The notes: generated from the letters alone by a model not told the origin. 64,000 nt of DNA from Octopus sinensis (GCF_006345805.1 NC_043006.1:101122001-101186000), one strand, 5' to 3'. Positions 1 to 12,385 are shown, counted from the first letter of the stretch. Numbers and translations: made by a program.

Positions 1-354
1 CCTGACTTTGTGCAAAAATAAATACAGGAAGATCAGTTAATTATGATTCTATTCAATATATTCCCCTCTCAGATTCACACACTTATTGGAGCAGTTCTCC
101 AATTTTTCTAAGTCATGTAAAAGAACTCGGAAGGCCAGGCCTTTTATGATACCCTTAAAGTCAGGAACTTACCTATCTCCTTACCTGTCTACTCTGTGGC
201 AACAAACATATGAAACAAACTCAGCAGTGGAGAGAGTGAGTCAATGAGAAGGGTTTTATGTACTCATTCAACCTGAAAGAAACAGCAGCCAAGCCACCTT
301 CTCATTGCACGCTACATTAACGAACTTTTTAACATTCTTTGTTGAAATGTCGTC

Positions 355-660
355 CATCATCATCGTTTAACATCCACTTTCCATGCTGGCATGGATTGGA
401 CGGTTTGACTGGGGACTGGTGAGCCAGGTGGCTGCACCAGGCTTCAATCTGATCTGGCGGAGTTTCTACAGCTTGATGCCCTTCCTAACGCCAACCACTC
501 TGAGAGTGTAGTGGGTGCTTTTATGTGCCACTGGCATAAGGGCCAGTCAGGCGGTTCTGGCAACAGCCACGCTCAAATGGTGTTTTTACGTGTCACCTGC
601 ACAGGAGCCAGTCCAGCGGCACTGGCAACACCCTCGCTCACATGTTGTCTTTCACGTACC
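355..660 (-). mobile_element. RTE-type 3' tail fragment, degenerate
   Basis: (CAT)n then CGTTTAACATCCACTTTCCATGCTGGCATGG...GATGCCCTTCCTAACGCCAACCACT. Same 3' end as the RTE at 34304-34470. Confidence 0.8.
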
Positions 661-962
661 ACTGGTGACTTTGTCATTATGAATCTGGTGTTGGGAATAT
701 AACTTGAATGAAATTTTGAAGGAGGATTTTAATTTAGATTAATTTTAAAAAAGAAATTTGTCTTTTGTTATCTTGGATAGGCTGGAATCATAAAGAAAAA
801 AATAAAAGGAAGAACACAAGACATTGAATAATATGGTTTTACCATGCTGAGTTGGGACTCAGCTAGGGTGCCTTCAGATTATAAGTCTACTTCATCAGAG
901 TTTACCTGGGAGCAAGAAGTAATCAATAACAACAACAGGCACAAAAAAAATTGGACATTAAG

Positions 963-1341
963 TAAAACATTACCAACCACATGGTTCTAGGTTCATTCCC
1001 ACTGTGTGGCGCCTTGGGCAGGTGTCTTCTACTATAGCCTCGGGCGGACTGGGGCCTTGTGAGTGGATTTGGTAGATGGAAACTGAAGGAAGCCTGTCGT
1101 ATATATGTATATGTATGTGTGTGTATACATTTGTGTGTTTGTGTTTGTCCCCTCAACATCGCTTGACAACCGACACTGGTGTGTTTATGTCCCCGTAACT
1201 TAGTGGTTCGGCAAAAGAGACCAATAGAATAAGCACTAGGCTTACAAAGAATAAGTCCTGGGGTCGATTTGCTCAACTAAAGGCGGTGCTCCAGCATGGC
1301 CGTAGTCAAATGACTGGAACAAATAAAAGAGTAAAAGAGTA
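963..1341 (+). mobile_element. SINE family A (tRNA-like head, internal (TA)/(TG) microsatellite, stem-loop + (AGTAAAAG)n tail), 5' eroded
   Basis: Aligns by eye with copies at 22220 and 58190; ends GTCAAATGACTGGAACAAATAAAAGAGTAAAAGAGTA. Confidence 0.85.
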
Positions 1342-1509
1342 AATCCCCTTCAATGAAACTGCCTCTTCCTTTAAAATAAGGACCATGTTTTAAGTTTGAA
1401 ATGCAAAGAAAACATATCTCACAATGAAGACAGAATGACCACAAAACCTTTAACTGAGTGTTTCATTTGCTCACGTAACTTACCTCTTCTCTATAAAACT
1501 ATCAGAGAG

Positions 1510-1975
1510 ATGCAGGTGAGGCTGTATGGTAAGAAATTTGCTTCCCAACCACTTGGCCCTGGGTGCAGTCCCACAGCATAGTACAAGCAAGTGTCTTCCA
1601 CTATAGCACCGACCTGACCAATGCTTTGTGAGTGGATTTAGTAGATGGAAACTGAAAGAAGCCCATTGTGTATGTGTGTGGGGGGGGGTCTGTGTGTGTG
1701 TGCACATGGGCGTGTGTGTGCTTATGCAAGTGTGTGCACACTTGTGTCTCCTAGTCTTGATAATGCATGATAGTTGTAAAGGAGTGTCACTGTCATACAA
1801 GCAGTGTCGTTCATTGCTAATATTCTGCCAGATTGTGTCTTGCCACAAGGAAATATAGCCTTACTTAGAAACAGGTGTGGGTTGGCAAGAGGAAGAACAT
1901 GCTGCTGCAGAAAAATCTCCCTCAAAGATCTCCATCAGACCCATGCAAACATGGAAAAGTGGACATTCAATGATG
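1510..1975 (+). mobile_element. Chimeric SINE: family-A head joined to an RTE-type tail
   Basis: 5' half matches the SINE A head. 3' half GGTTGGCAAGAGGAAG...CCCATGCAAACATGGAAAAGTGGACATTCAATGATGATG matches the RTE 3' end. Confidence 0.65.
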
Positions 1976-2004
1976 ATGGTGATGCTGATGACAATAACAA
2001 CAAC

Positions 2005-2036
<32 letters not shown>

Positions 2037-2096
2037 CGATGATGATGATGATGACGGTGAGGATGACAGTGATGGTATTGATAATGATGATGATGT
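1970..2096 (+). repeat. (GAT)n microsatellite grown from an RTE-type tail
   Basis: Directly follows GTGGACATTCAA; interspersed GAC/AAC variants. Confidence 0.9.
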
Positions 2097-2351
2097 GTGT
2101 ATGCATATAATTTCTTCACCATATATACATTTATATATATACATAAATTGATGTTTAGTTTTGTCATGTTATATAAATAAACAATTTAGCATTAAACTGA
2201 AGGATTGCTCAACACTTTTAGCAGAGTACATATTCATTAAGTTTTACACAAAGAGGTTGATAGTGACTTCAAAGTGTTGGTTTGCTCACCAGCATCAGTT
2301 TGTTTGATGATGGCAAGAAAGCTGATACTTTTATATATATGTGTGTGCGTA

Positions 2352-2640
2352 TATCATCCTCATTGTTTAACATCCATTTTCCATGCTGGCATGGGTGGAA
2401 CGGTTTCACAAGAGCTGGCCAGGCAGAAGTCTGCACCAGACTTCTGTGACTGTTTTGGCAGGATTTTTACAGCTGGATGCCCTTCCTAACACCAACCACT
2501 CAGCAAAGTGGACTTAGTGCTTCTTATGCAGCACAAGCACAAGTGAGGTCAGTTTTGGCAAGGTTTTTACAACTGGATGCATTTCCAAACACCAACCACT
2601 TTACAGTGTGGACTGGATGCTTTTAAGGGTCACCAAGTAC
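2352..2640 (-). mobile_element. RTE-type 3' tail fragment, degenerate, with duplicated CTGGATGC..CCAACCACT motif
   Basis: CATTGTTTAACATCCATTTTCCATGCTGGCATGGG start; shared motif with the 355-660 copy. Confidence 0.7.
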
Positions 2641-2777
2641 TTGCAAGACAAAATAAAAACTTTCAAGAGGGTAGGGGGCATTGGAGGAGGCGATCTTGTG
2701 TCGAATGATGAAAGGTTATAGTGAGACAGAGAGACAGAAACAGGTGTCTTACTGTGGAGGAAGTACAAGGTACCCGG

Positions 2778-2828
<51 letters not shown>

Positions 2829-3314
2829 AGGAATGGAGACAAAAACAAGTGCTCTGCAGCAAAGAAATACATGGTTACCCAACCTGAGGAAAGTGCAGGA
2901 GGAGAGAGATTGGGAAACAGCAGGATAGAGATGGTGGCAAAATGACAGGCTTACTCACAAGGACGGGATCAGAATATAAATGGGATACATGAGTGAAGGA
3001 AGAGAGAGATATAGTCGGTGGAAAGTGCCAGGGAATAGCCTTGAGGTTCAAAACGCCATAATATAAGTGGCAAGATATTGTGAAGGAAGTGTGATTAAAG
3101 AGTGCAGAGGGGGGGGTGGCAAAAACCTGGGTATATACAGAGTTGGGGTGCCACTGGATAGCAATGATACAGACAAACAGAGCTATGAGGATAGGATTGG
3201 GGAGTGGGAGCTAGACATGTATATATTTTTATATATGTGTGTATGTGTGTGTGTGTATACGTATACATATATACATACATTCATACATGCATACATACAC
3301 ACATACATACATAC

Positions 3315-3346
<32 letters not shown>

Positions 3347-3651
3347 GGAGGCTCAATGGCCCAGTGGTTAGGGCAGCGGACTCGCGGTCGTAGGATCGCG
3401 GTTTCAGTTCCCAGACCGGGCATTGTGAGTGTTTATCGAGCAAAAACACCTAAAAGCTCCACGAGGCTCCGGCAGGGGGTGTTGATCCCTGCTGTACTCT
3501 TTCACCACTCTTTCTCTCACTCTTTCTTCTGTTGGCCTGCTCGCTTAGCTAGCGGGGTGGCGTCATTCGAAGGCTAAAACAATGCGAACGCATTGTGACC
3601 AGCGATGTGTAACAACATCTGATGGTCTGGTCGGTCACGTGATCACGTGAT
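3347..3651 (+). mobile_element. SINE family C (tRNA-like head, CpG-rich, young), inserted in (TA)n
   Basis: Box A TGGCCCAGTGGTTAG, box B-like GGTTTCAGTTCC. Near-identical copy at 43741-44031. Tail TCACGTGATCACGTGA. Confidence 0.9.
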
Positions 3652-3662
3652 ATATATATATA

Positions 3663-3845
3663 CATGGAACAAGCTGCCAGCATCAGTTGTTAGCTGTCGG
3701 AGCACTGCATCCTTCAAAACTTCCATGCTTCCTGAGATTCGCCAACACTACACCTGATTTTCTCCCCTCCATACACACACAAGCATGTATCTGACTATAC
3801 ACTGTTCACTTTCCAGACATTTGTACATTACTGCATATGCTTTAT
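3663..3845 (+). mobile_element. 3' end of a CR1/L2/Jockey-group LINE, 5'-truncated
   Basis: From 3665 reads WNKLPASVVSCRSTASFKTSMLPEIRQHYT*, matching the WNxLPxxVVxxxSxxxFK C-terminal motif of these LINEs. Confidence 0.7.
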
Positions 3846-3920
3846 ACACACATACACATATATGTGTATATATATATATATATACATACATATATATATG
3901 TGTGTATGTGTGTGTTTAGA

Positions 3921-4063
3921 CATATCATCATCATCATCATCGTTTAACGTCCGTTTTCCGCGCTAGCATGGGTTGGACGGTTCAACCGGGGTCTGGGAAG
4001 CCAGGGGCTGCACCAGGCTCCAGTCTGATCTGGCAGAGTTTCTACAGCTGGATGCCCTTCCTA
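3921..4063 (-). mobile_element. Young, 5'-truncated RTE 3' tail insertion
   Basis: (CAT)n + CGTTTAACGTCCG...GATGCCCTTCCTA; close to 34304-34420. Confidence 0.9.
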
Positions 4064-4080
4064 CACACACACATATATAA

Positions 4081-4250
4081 GGTGCAGATGTGGCTGTGTG
4101 GTAAGAAGCTTGCTTCCCAACCACATGATTCCAGATTCAGCCCCCACAGCGTGGCACCTAGAGCAAGTGTCTTTTACTATAGCCTCGAGCCAACCAAAGG
4201 CCTTGTGAATGGATTTGGTAGATAGAAACTGAAAGAAGCCAGTCATATAT
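4081..4250 (+). mobile_element. SINE A head fragment
   Basis: GTGGCTGTGTGGTAAGAAGCTTGCTTCCCAACCACATG...GAAACTGAAAGAAGCC. Confidence 0.8.
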
Positions 4251-4265
4251 ATGTATATATATATA

Positions 4266-4415
4266 TACTCTTTACTCTTTTACTCTTTTATTTGTTTCAG
4301 TCATTTGACTATGGCCATGCTGGAGCACCGCCTTCAGTCGAGCAAATCGACCCCGGGACTTATTCTTTGTAAGACCAGTACTTATTCTATCGGTCTCTTT
4401 TGCCGAACCGCTAAG
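4266..4415 (-). mobile_element. SINE A 3' fragment
   Basis: (TACTCTTT)n + GTTTCAGTCATTTGACT...CCGAACCGCTAAG, the reverse complement of the SINE A tail. Confidence 0.85.
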
Positions 4416-4926
4416 TATATGTATATATATATATGTGTGTGTGTGTCTTTGTGCAGGGGAAGAGAAGTGTGTGTCTTTGAGTAGGAGAGGGAATAGAGAG
4501 GGGAGGGAGGGGGAGGAGAAAAAAAGAAGATGATGATGACATTGATGTTTGTGAAATTTTATATTTCTAAACTACACAGCTTCCATTTCTGCTTGCCACT
4601 CAGTTATAAGCTAATACTAACATTATTTGTCATCGAGGAAACTGAGGCAAGCAAGGGCTATAACTCATTAGCGTTCTTTTTGATGTGAAAGTAGTAATGT
4701 GTTGAGGCCTGATTTATAGAGTTTTTCTGTTGAATAAATGAGTGTCTTCTTTCAACTAATTTCCTCCTCCCGTTGTTGAATGATTTACTCAATCAGTCAC
4801 ATCATTCATTGTTTCCTCAGTGATAAATAAAAGACTTCCTTGTAATATCTCCGTTCCTTTTTAGCGTTGCGCTTCTGATCAACAATTTATCAAATATATA
4901 CAATTAATTCCTCCATCAGTGTTTGC

Positions 4927-4931
4927 TATCC

Positions 4932-4980
<49 letters not shown>

Positions 4981-5014
4981 CATCTATCTATCTATCTATC
5001 TATCTATCTGTCTC

Positions 5015-5060
<46 letters not shown>

Positions 5061-5093
5061 CATCTATCCATCTATCCATCTATCTATCTATCC

Positions 5094-5136
<43 letters not shown>

Positions 5137-5157
5137 CATCTATCTATCTATCTATCC

Positions 5158-5188
<31 letters not shown>

Positions 5189-5189
5189 C

Positions 5190-5235
<46 letters not shown>

Positions 5236-5261
5236 TATACTATCTATCTATCCATCTATAC

Positions 5262-5349
<88 letters not shown>

Positions 5350-5357
5350 CTGTCTAT
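4927..5357. repeat. (CTAT)n/(GATA)n array with CCAT variants, left flank of the Tx1 element
   Basis: Direct reading. Confidence 0.97.
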
Positions 5358-5553
5358 GGACATGCTGTCACTTCGACTCCGAAGGTAATCGTTTATTTTG
5401 ACTATTTATAGCCCAATTTTTGTGTAAATTTTTGTAAATAAGTTGTGTAAGGCACCCAACTTTCATTTGAGTGCTTTTCCAAGGGAGGAATTCGCCCCTA
5501 GGGGCAGTTTCAACCCCATTTCATTTCTGTAATTTTCTTCTCGACATTAGAAA

Positions 5554-7408
5554 ATGTCTAGAAATTTTATTGTAGAACGCTGGTCGCGTTCTTTTATGGA
5601 ACAACATTTTCCTAGTCTGGAAACGATAGAGAAAAAAAAGAACGTACGCATGGAAATTGCAAATATGAATATCGGTAAAATGAACGCTGCAACCACGTGC
5701 GGTAACAGCCCTGTCACCACCGCTACCACCACCACTAACAACAGCAACCACGAGACAACAACTGCTACCACCACCACCTCCACCACCACCACTACCACGA
5801 CCAACATAAATGATAAAAATAAAACTCGCACGAAAACTATTGACAAAAACAACAGCAACAACAATAACAACAATAAAAATGAACTATCTAATAGTGAAGA
5901 TGTTAATACAAAAAAATCAACAACAGTAAATTTCGCGGACACTCTTCGCCAGAAGAAAGAAATAGTAACATTCACAAATGAAGAGCTCATAGAAACAAGA
6001 GCTCTCTTTACAACCCGTGGACAAGATTTAGTGCTGCATACACCTCAACATATAAAGCAAGAAATAGAAAATAAGACAATTGTATATAAAATTATTAGAA
6101 AAAACAAAAAACTAAATGAACAGATTACAAAAACTGATGTGGAAAAATGTTTAAAAAACATAATGAAAGAAAAAGAGTATATAAACTGGGGTCCCCAGTT
6201 TAACACAGTAGTGGTCCGCTTCCCTAACCAGGAAGTGGCAAAAGCTCACTCTACTGAGTCTCTGGGAAATGATGAAATCATCATGGTCCCATACTACAAA
6301 AACCAGAGAGTGAGTCGAATCACAATTAAAAATGTACCTCCGAACTTCCTAACAAATGGATAACAGGGGCAATCTGTTACCATTTAAAAAATATTAATAT
6401 TGGAGACCGCCGTGTACCCTGGCGACATTTGGGGTGGGAAAACAATAGTGGTGACCATCCAGATTGAGGGGGCCTCTATCGAGAGCCTACCAGATAAGAT
6501 CCACTTGGAGAATGGGCAATGCCTATATGTTGTGGCAGAAGGCACAAAGCCTAGATGCTACAAATGTGGAAGCCCCGAACATTTGATTGCCAAGTGCGAT
6601 CTGGTACAGAGAAAACAAGAAAGAACAAATCAGAAAACAAATAAAATCCCTTTGTTGCCAACACCAACACCAACACACTCAATTATGGAACAATGCCAAG
6701 AAAAACAACAAACCAACGAACAAACCGCAACAACATCACCAAGAAAAGAAACAGTACCAACACAATCACCGTTGACTTCACAACCAATTAAACCTGTTGA
6801 AATTAAGGAGGACAATTAAAAAGACAGAAAACACTGACGAGAAGACAAATGCTACCCCTAACACCACAACAACACAAACACCGCACAAAACATCAACAAT
6901 TTATACAAGCATACATAGTAATGCAAATGTTTTGCCTCTACCCCATACTGATACGTCGGACGACGAAAGTTCGACGGAATGGCAAATAGCCACAGGGGGT
7001 AAAAGAAAAAGATCCAAAAAATCCACCAAACAACGAAGTAAAGCAGGGAGATATCTAACTCAGGACAACATCCCCCTAGACAATCAAAAAAGTAATGAAC
7101 TCGTAAAACCACACACACAACTAACTGCAATAGACACAGACAATAAAGAATTAATGGACTACATCAAATCTAACATGGTCATCTGTGAAGATGACTTTAA
7201 GACAAACAATCATCCGCACACCACACCACCGAAACACATCAGAATTTTACACATAACACAAGCACAACACCACATACTGAAAACAATATTTCCGAATGCG
7301 GTAGGCGGGTATCAACGATACCTGTCGAAAAAACTATACAAACACCTCATCAAAAACAATACAAAAGAAGAAGAAGAAAAAAATGAAACTTTTAAAATGA
7401 GTAAGTGA
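5554..7408 (+). CDS. Tx1 ORF1 (gag-like nucleic-acid-binding protein), three 1-bp frameshifts as assembled
   Basis: Segments 5554-6363, 6400-6819 and 6797-7408. Zinc knuckle CYKCGSPEHLIAKC (CX2CX4HX4C) at 6556-6597. Low-complexity T/N/Q linkers. Confidence 0.8.
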
Positions 7409-7465
7409 CCTCACTTCTTGCCTCTTGTCTCTTCTAATGTAGTGTGTAAAACACAATTTTCGTAA

Positions 7466-10400
7466 ATGTCAAGTATGCTTAAATTAGGTTGTGTGAATGC
7501 GCGTGGCTTGGCGTCGGCTTGGAAGCAAGGTTACCTTCTAAACGACATCAAGTCACTGGACGTGGATATAGTAGCTATCAGTGAAACCAGACTCAGTAAG
7601 CCGCGGGCCCTCGAGTCCATGTTTGGCAATCAATTTGACATTTATTTTCTCCTGTCTGCCGAACATGGGTGGTGGAGGTACTGCGGTGTTTTTTCGAAAG
7701 AGTCTAAAGGTAAAAGTAAGAGCAATATTCCTAGACCCGGAGGGTAGGCTGGTTGTCTTGGACGTGGATGGCAGAAATGGGTGTGCATTCCGTCTGATGG
7801 CAGTTTATGCACCGTCCTTAACGGGTCGGGCAGATTTCTTCAGACGTCTAGAGGTTTTCCTGGGTACGTCTAGACCTTTACTGTTAGTAGGGGATTGGAA
7901 CGCTACCTTGGACACGCATCTAGATTATGTGGGAAGGGATAGGAATAGAAGGGGCTGTAAGAGCCTCAAAGACCTGCTCAGACGTTTCCATTTGTCTGAC
8001 AGGTTCCGACTCGACCATCCGAACGTGCCAACGTGGACTTGGACAAACCGCGTCGGATCGTCGAGATCTTATCTAGATAGAATTCTATGCAGGACAGCGG
8101 ATAGGATAGTGTAGGATGTCCACAATTTAAAATAGTCAGCTACACAGATCACAAATTTGTTACGTGTACGCTCGACTTAGATAAAACACATAGGCAGGGT
8201 CCCGGTTACTGGAAACTGAACACATCGCTGTTAGCGCGACAGGTTTACAGGAACCGGATTAGCGAGTTAATTAAGAGGGCGCTGACGGGAGCGGTCGTTA
8301 ACAACCGCTGGTGGTACGCCCTGAAAATGGCAATAAAATCGGAATCAATTAGGTTTAGCAAGGAATTAGCGATAGAACGAAATAGAGTAGAGGGAGACTT
8401 AGTTAAGAAACTAGAAGAGGCACTTACCACTGGCAGCGCAACCAACGTGCTGGCTGCGAGGATGGCCCTCGACCAACACCTCAACGCCAAGCACGAAGGT
8501 TGCGTCGTCAGAGCTAAAATGCGTGCCTTAAGGAACGAAGGGATTGAAGCTGCGCGAGAGGCCCGGGTAGCGGAGGCGCAGCGTGGCAACAGATCAACCA
8601 TTCGGTCTCTAATAGATCAACAGGGATGCAGTTTACTCGAACCCGAAAGGATGTGTGAGGCCTTTCAACAGCACTTTGCTCGACTGTTTGGTGCGAGTGG
8701 TGGGTCGGAACGTGGGATGGATTTCAGTGCCTACCTGACCGACCTGCCGCGGCTCTCGGCAAGAGAAACGGAGTGTTGTGAAAGTCCCATCACAGCCACT
8801 GACGTGTGGGATGCGATGGCGGGCTGCGCGAGGGATAAGTCGCCTGGATTGGATGGTTTACCCTACGAGCTGTATTGTCGAATGCCAGACTTGTTTGGCG
8901 ACCTCTTGGCATCAGTCTACTGCAACTGGCAACAAAATGGGAGAATCCCCGGTTTCGTGAGCCGAGGTGCAGTGACGTTGCTGAAGAAAGACTCAAACAA
9001 GGGGAATTTTATAGATAATTTCAGGCCCATCACTCTGCTCAACGCAGATTTGAAAATTTTGGCCAAAGTAATAGCCGAGAGGTTGGCGCTTGTCATTGGT
9101 AAACTGGTCGACAGGGCGCAAACATGCGCCGTGCCGGGCAGAACCATACATGACAACCTCCATCTGATGCGCTACATTGTGGACAGGGTAGTTAAGGATC
9201 CTGGCATGGGTGGGGCGCTGATAAATTTGGATCAGTCTAAAGCCTTCGATAGGGTCGACCATCGGTACTTGGCGGCCGTCCTCAGGGCGGCTGGCTTCGG
9301 TCCCGTCTTCCGCGGTTGGATCGCTGCCTTGTATAGCAGCATCCGATCGGTGATTCGGGTGAACGGTCACCTGTCGAAACCGTTTGACATCACGCGTTCG
9401 GTCCGTCAGGGGTGTCCCCTGTCGGTGCTTCTGTATGTATTGACTCACGAGCCGCTACTGCGGAAGCTGGCGACACTGAGGGGTATCCCACGGGAACTGG
9501 GTTGTGAGACGAGCGTGTCGGCATATGCGGACGATGTCACCGTCATAGTGTCGAGCGACAAACACATCAAGATGATAGGCGAGACACTAAGAAAATACGA
9601 AACGGTGACGGGAGCAAAGATTAACCCGGAAAAGTCAGTGGGTTTGCTACTTGGCACCTGGAGAAGCAAGCCCATGCCGTCCGACTGCGGCTCAGTAGTG
9701 GGACGCTGGACGGACGGACCGGTTAAATTGCTCGGGGTCTGGTTCAGTCCGGACCTCCAAATGGATAAGAACTGGGACGAGATCACGAGTAGAGTGGTCG
9801 CTCTCAGCCAAACATGGGCCGAGAGAAAGCTGTCTCTAAAAGGCCGGGCGGAGGTGGCGAACGCGTACATCGCATCCGTCATCGATTACCGCCTGACCGT
9901 CGTACCTTGTCCCGACGCCACCATCACCAAACTGGAACGCATACTCTTCCGCTTCCTGTGGAAGGGTGGCGTTCCGATGGTGAGGAAGTCCATTTGCTGT
10001 CAACATCCGTTGAATGGAGGACTGGGCATGCCGTGGTTGATGATGCGCAGGCATGCGCTGAGACTGCGACATCTCTGGAAATTCATCGACGACGGTGAAC
10101 AGGTGTGGGCGCCGTTTGTGAGGCGCGACTTCCCGCAGCTCGTCTCACTGACCGAACTGCAAACGTGGATCAAAAAGAGACCGAAACTGGGCGATTGGCA
10201 CCGAGAGTGTCGCCAAGCTCTACAGCAGCTCTGCCGACCGGGGTCAAACTTGTGCAACTTACAAACGACTAAAGCGTTCTATAGAGGACTAGTGGAGGGG
10301 AGGTCCGACGACACACTCGGGGCAAACCTGGGCGTCGACGAAGAATTCCTAACCTGCCTGTTCAGGACGACGTTCGGGCCCGGGGCCTATGGATAACTTC

Positions 10401-10913
10401 CAGAAATCCCTGGCTTGGCAGTGCTATCGAGACGCACTACCTGTTCGAGAGAAGAGCTACAGACACGGTTCGAAAACCATCACCGGACCGACCTGCCCGA
10501 GATGCGGTCAGAGCGACGAAACCGTTCTGCACGCACTCGTGCAGTGTCCAGATATTTCAGAGCTGTGGTCCTTCGTCGAACAGTTGTTGTCACGTGTAGG
10601 TCAGGCTCGCCTATCGGCCGAGTCTATCGTGAATATTGTTCCACCACCTTCCTTTAAATGGGAAGGGAAAACGGTTTTCGTTACGCTGATGGCTATGGCG
10701 AAAGGATGTGTGTGGTGGACGCGTTTGAAAGGACTGCAAACAAACACCTTCCTCTCTGGTCAGTCTCTCGTCAACTTTTTCAAGTACCACTTGAAAAGGA
10801 GGATGAGAATAGAGAGGAAGACTTTGTCGAACGAATGTTTTAATAAAAAGTGGGTAAAAGTGGCAGAAATGGTCAGTATGAAAGACGACACTATTTTAAG
10901 CATAAATCTGTAA
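7466..10913 (+). CDS. Tx1 ORF2 (AP endonuclease, reverse transcriptase, C-terminal zinc finger), three 1-bp frameshifts as assembled
   Basis: EN motifs CVNARGL, ISETR, VGDWNATL, YLDRIL, YTDHK; PGYWKLN; RT motifs KSPGLDGL, DQSKAFDRV, RQGCPLS, YADD; C-terminal CPRCGQSDETVLHALVQC. Confidence 0.93.
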
Positions 10914-11196
10914 CCAAAAGAGACAACGAGAAGTAAGGCGACTTACTCATGTGTTCTTTTTCGAATTGCCTTGGTCTTTTTTGTAGGTTTTTCTTTCCAA
11001 GGCTACACCTAAACTGTGAACCTTATATATATATATACATATTGCTTTTTTATACACCACACAACCCACAGATCCCTATTGATCAAAGGTTTTTTTTTTT
11101 TTGCCCCACCCATCCCACCTCGAAAAGAAAAAATTCTACATTGTATTTCGTCCATTTTTATTCTGTTTTTAGCCCTGTGTGGCTACAATAAAAAGT

Positions 11197-11202
11197 TATC
11201 CC

Positions 11203-11272
<70 letters not shown>

Positions 11273-11377
11273 CATCTATCTATCTATCTATCCATCTATC
11301 TATCTATCCCTCTATCTATCTATCTATCTATCTATCTATCCATCTATCTATCTATCTATCCATCTATCTATCTATCC

Positions 11378-11444
<67 letters not shown>

Positions 11445-11570
11445 CATCTATCTATCTATCTATCCATCTATCTATCTATCTATCCATCTATCCATCTATC
11501 TATCTATCTATCTAATTATCTATCTATCTAACTATCTATCTTTCTGTTATCTATTTATTATCTAGCTGTC
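11197..11570. repeat. (CTAT)n array, right flank or tail of the Tx1 element
   Basis: Direct reading. Confidence 0.97.
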
Positions 11571-11934
11571 TACCTCTCTGTCTAACTATTTATCTATTTA
11601 TTTATTTATTTATTTATTTAATTATTTATTTATTGCTTCCTCTTTGAAATACTCCAGTGAGGACACATGTTAATCTTGTCTCATTCAATAGCGCAAGAAA
11701 CCATAAATGCAACTCATATCAGGAAATCAAGAAACTATCATCACATCACACCCCACTTAATCAGCTTCATCTAGAACCCACAAAATCATTCCAATAATTG
11801 GGTCTCATATCACCAAGGACCTCCCCCGGCAAAAGCATGTCCTTGACGTAGGATTGCCTTCCAATGAATGACCCTTCTCTTTCAAGTAAGAAGGTACTTC
11901 ATTCAGCTCTTAACATGGTGTCACAAAATTAATT

Positions 11935-12385
11935 TTTTTTTTTGTCTTTGGTCAGTAAGTGTCATTTCCTATTTACTTCTATCCAGGAATAAAGAGAAGT
12001 GGCTACCATTCCCTGCAAACATTGCTTTTGTGACCGGAACATCAATGTTTTGAAACTGACCTGTTTACATTACATTTCAAACAGATTCAATGCTGATTTG
12101 CTGAAGCAGGAATATTGTTATAGCAAATATTCTTCTCAGTACCACAGATTTGCTTGTCAGTTGCTTGACCATAACCACTTGATCATGTCCCTTAGTGGCT
12201 GACAATATGTACATCTCTGATCATGAGCAACAGTAGTGGCGGAGCATCATAGCCACGTGTTGAAAGGGATTCTTTGGGGTTTGGATAAATTTAACAATAG
12301 CAAAATTTGAAGGAAATATAAGGCACTTTTCACACTTTCTAGGGGTAAGCAAATAGGAAATATCAGCCGCTACCTAAGGACAAAA
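11935..12385 (+). mobile_element. MITE-like family G with subterminal inverted repeat ATTTCCTATTTGCT
   Basis: CATTTCCTATTTAC near 11964 and GCAAATAGGAAAT near 12349. Body matches 15570-16410 in reverse orientation. Confidence 0.6.

Larger units (their letters stand above)
5358..11196 (+). mobile_element. Full-length Tx1/L1-clade non-LTR retrotransposon inserted in (CTAT)n
   Basis: 5' UTR, ORF1 with a CCHC knuckle, ORF2 with APE-RT-CCHC, 3' UTR with AATAAA at 11187-11192, then directly (CTAT)n. Confidence 0.92.

Noticed and set aside
3347-3420. tRNA-like sequence (also 43741 and other SINE heads)
   Set aside because: Box A and box B are present but there is no closing acceptor stem, and the sequence continues into a repeated SINE body.
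4919-5411. IYLS-repeat ORFs (also 11016-11565)
   Set aside because: (CTAT)n microsatellite translations.
5358-5553. Hairpins in the Tx1 5' UTR (CTTCG-ACTC-CGAAG, GCCCC-TA-GGGGC) as a possible self-cleaving ribozyme
   Set aside because: I could not fit an HDV-like double pseudoknot or a hammerhead core by eye; an RNArobo/Infernal search would decide.
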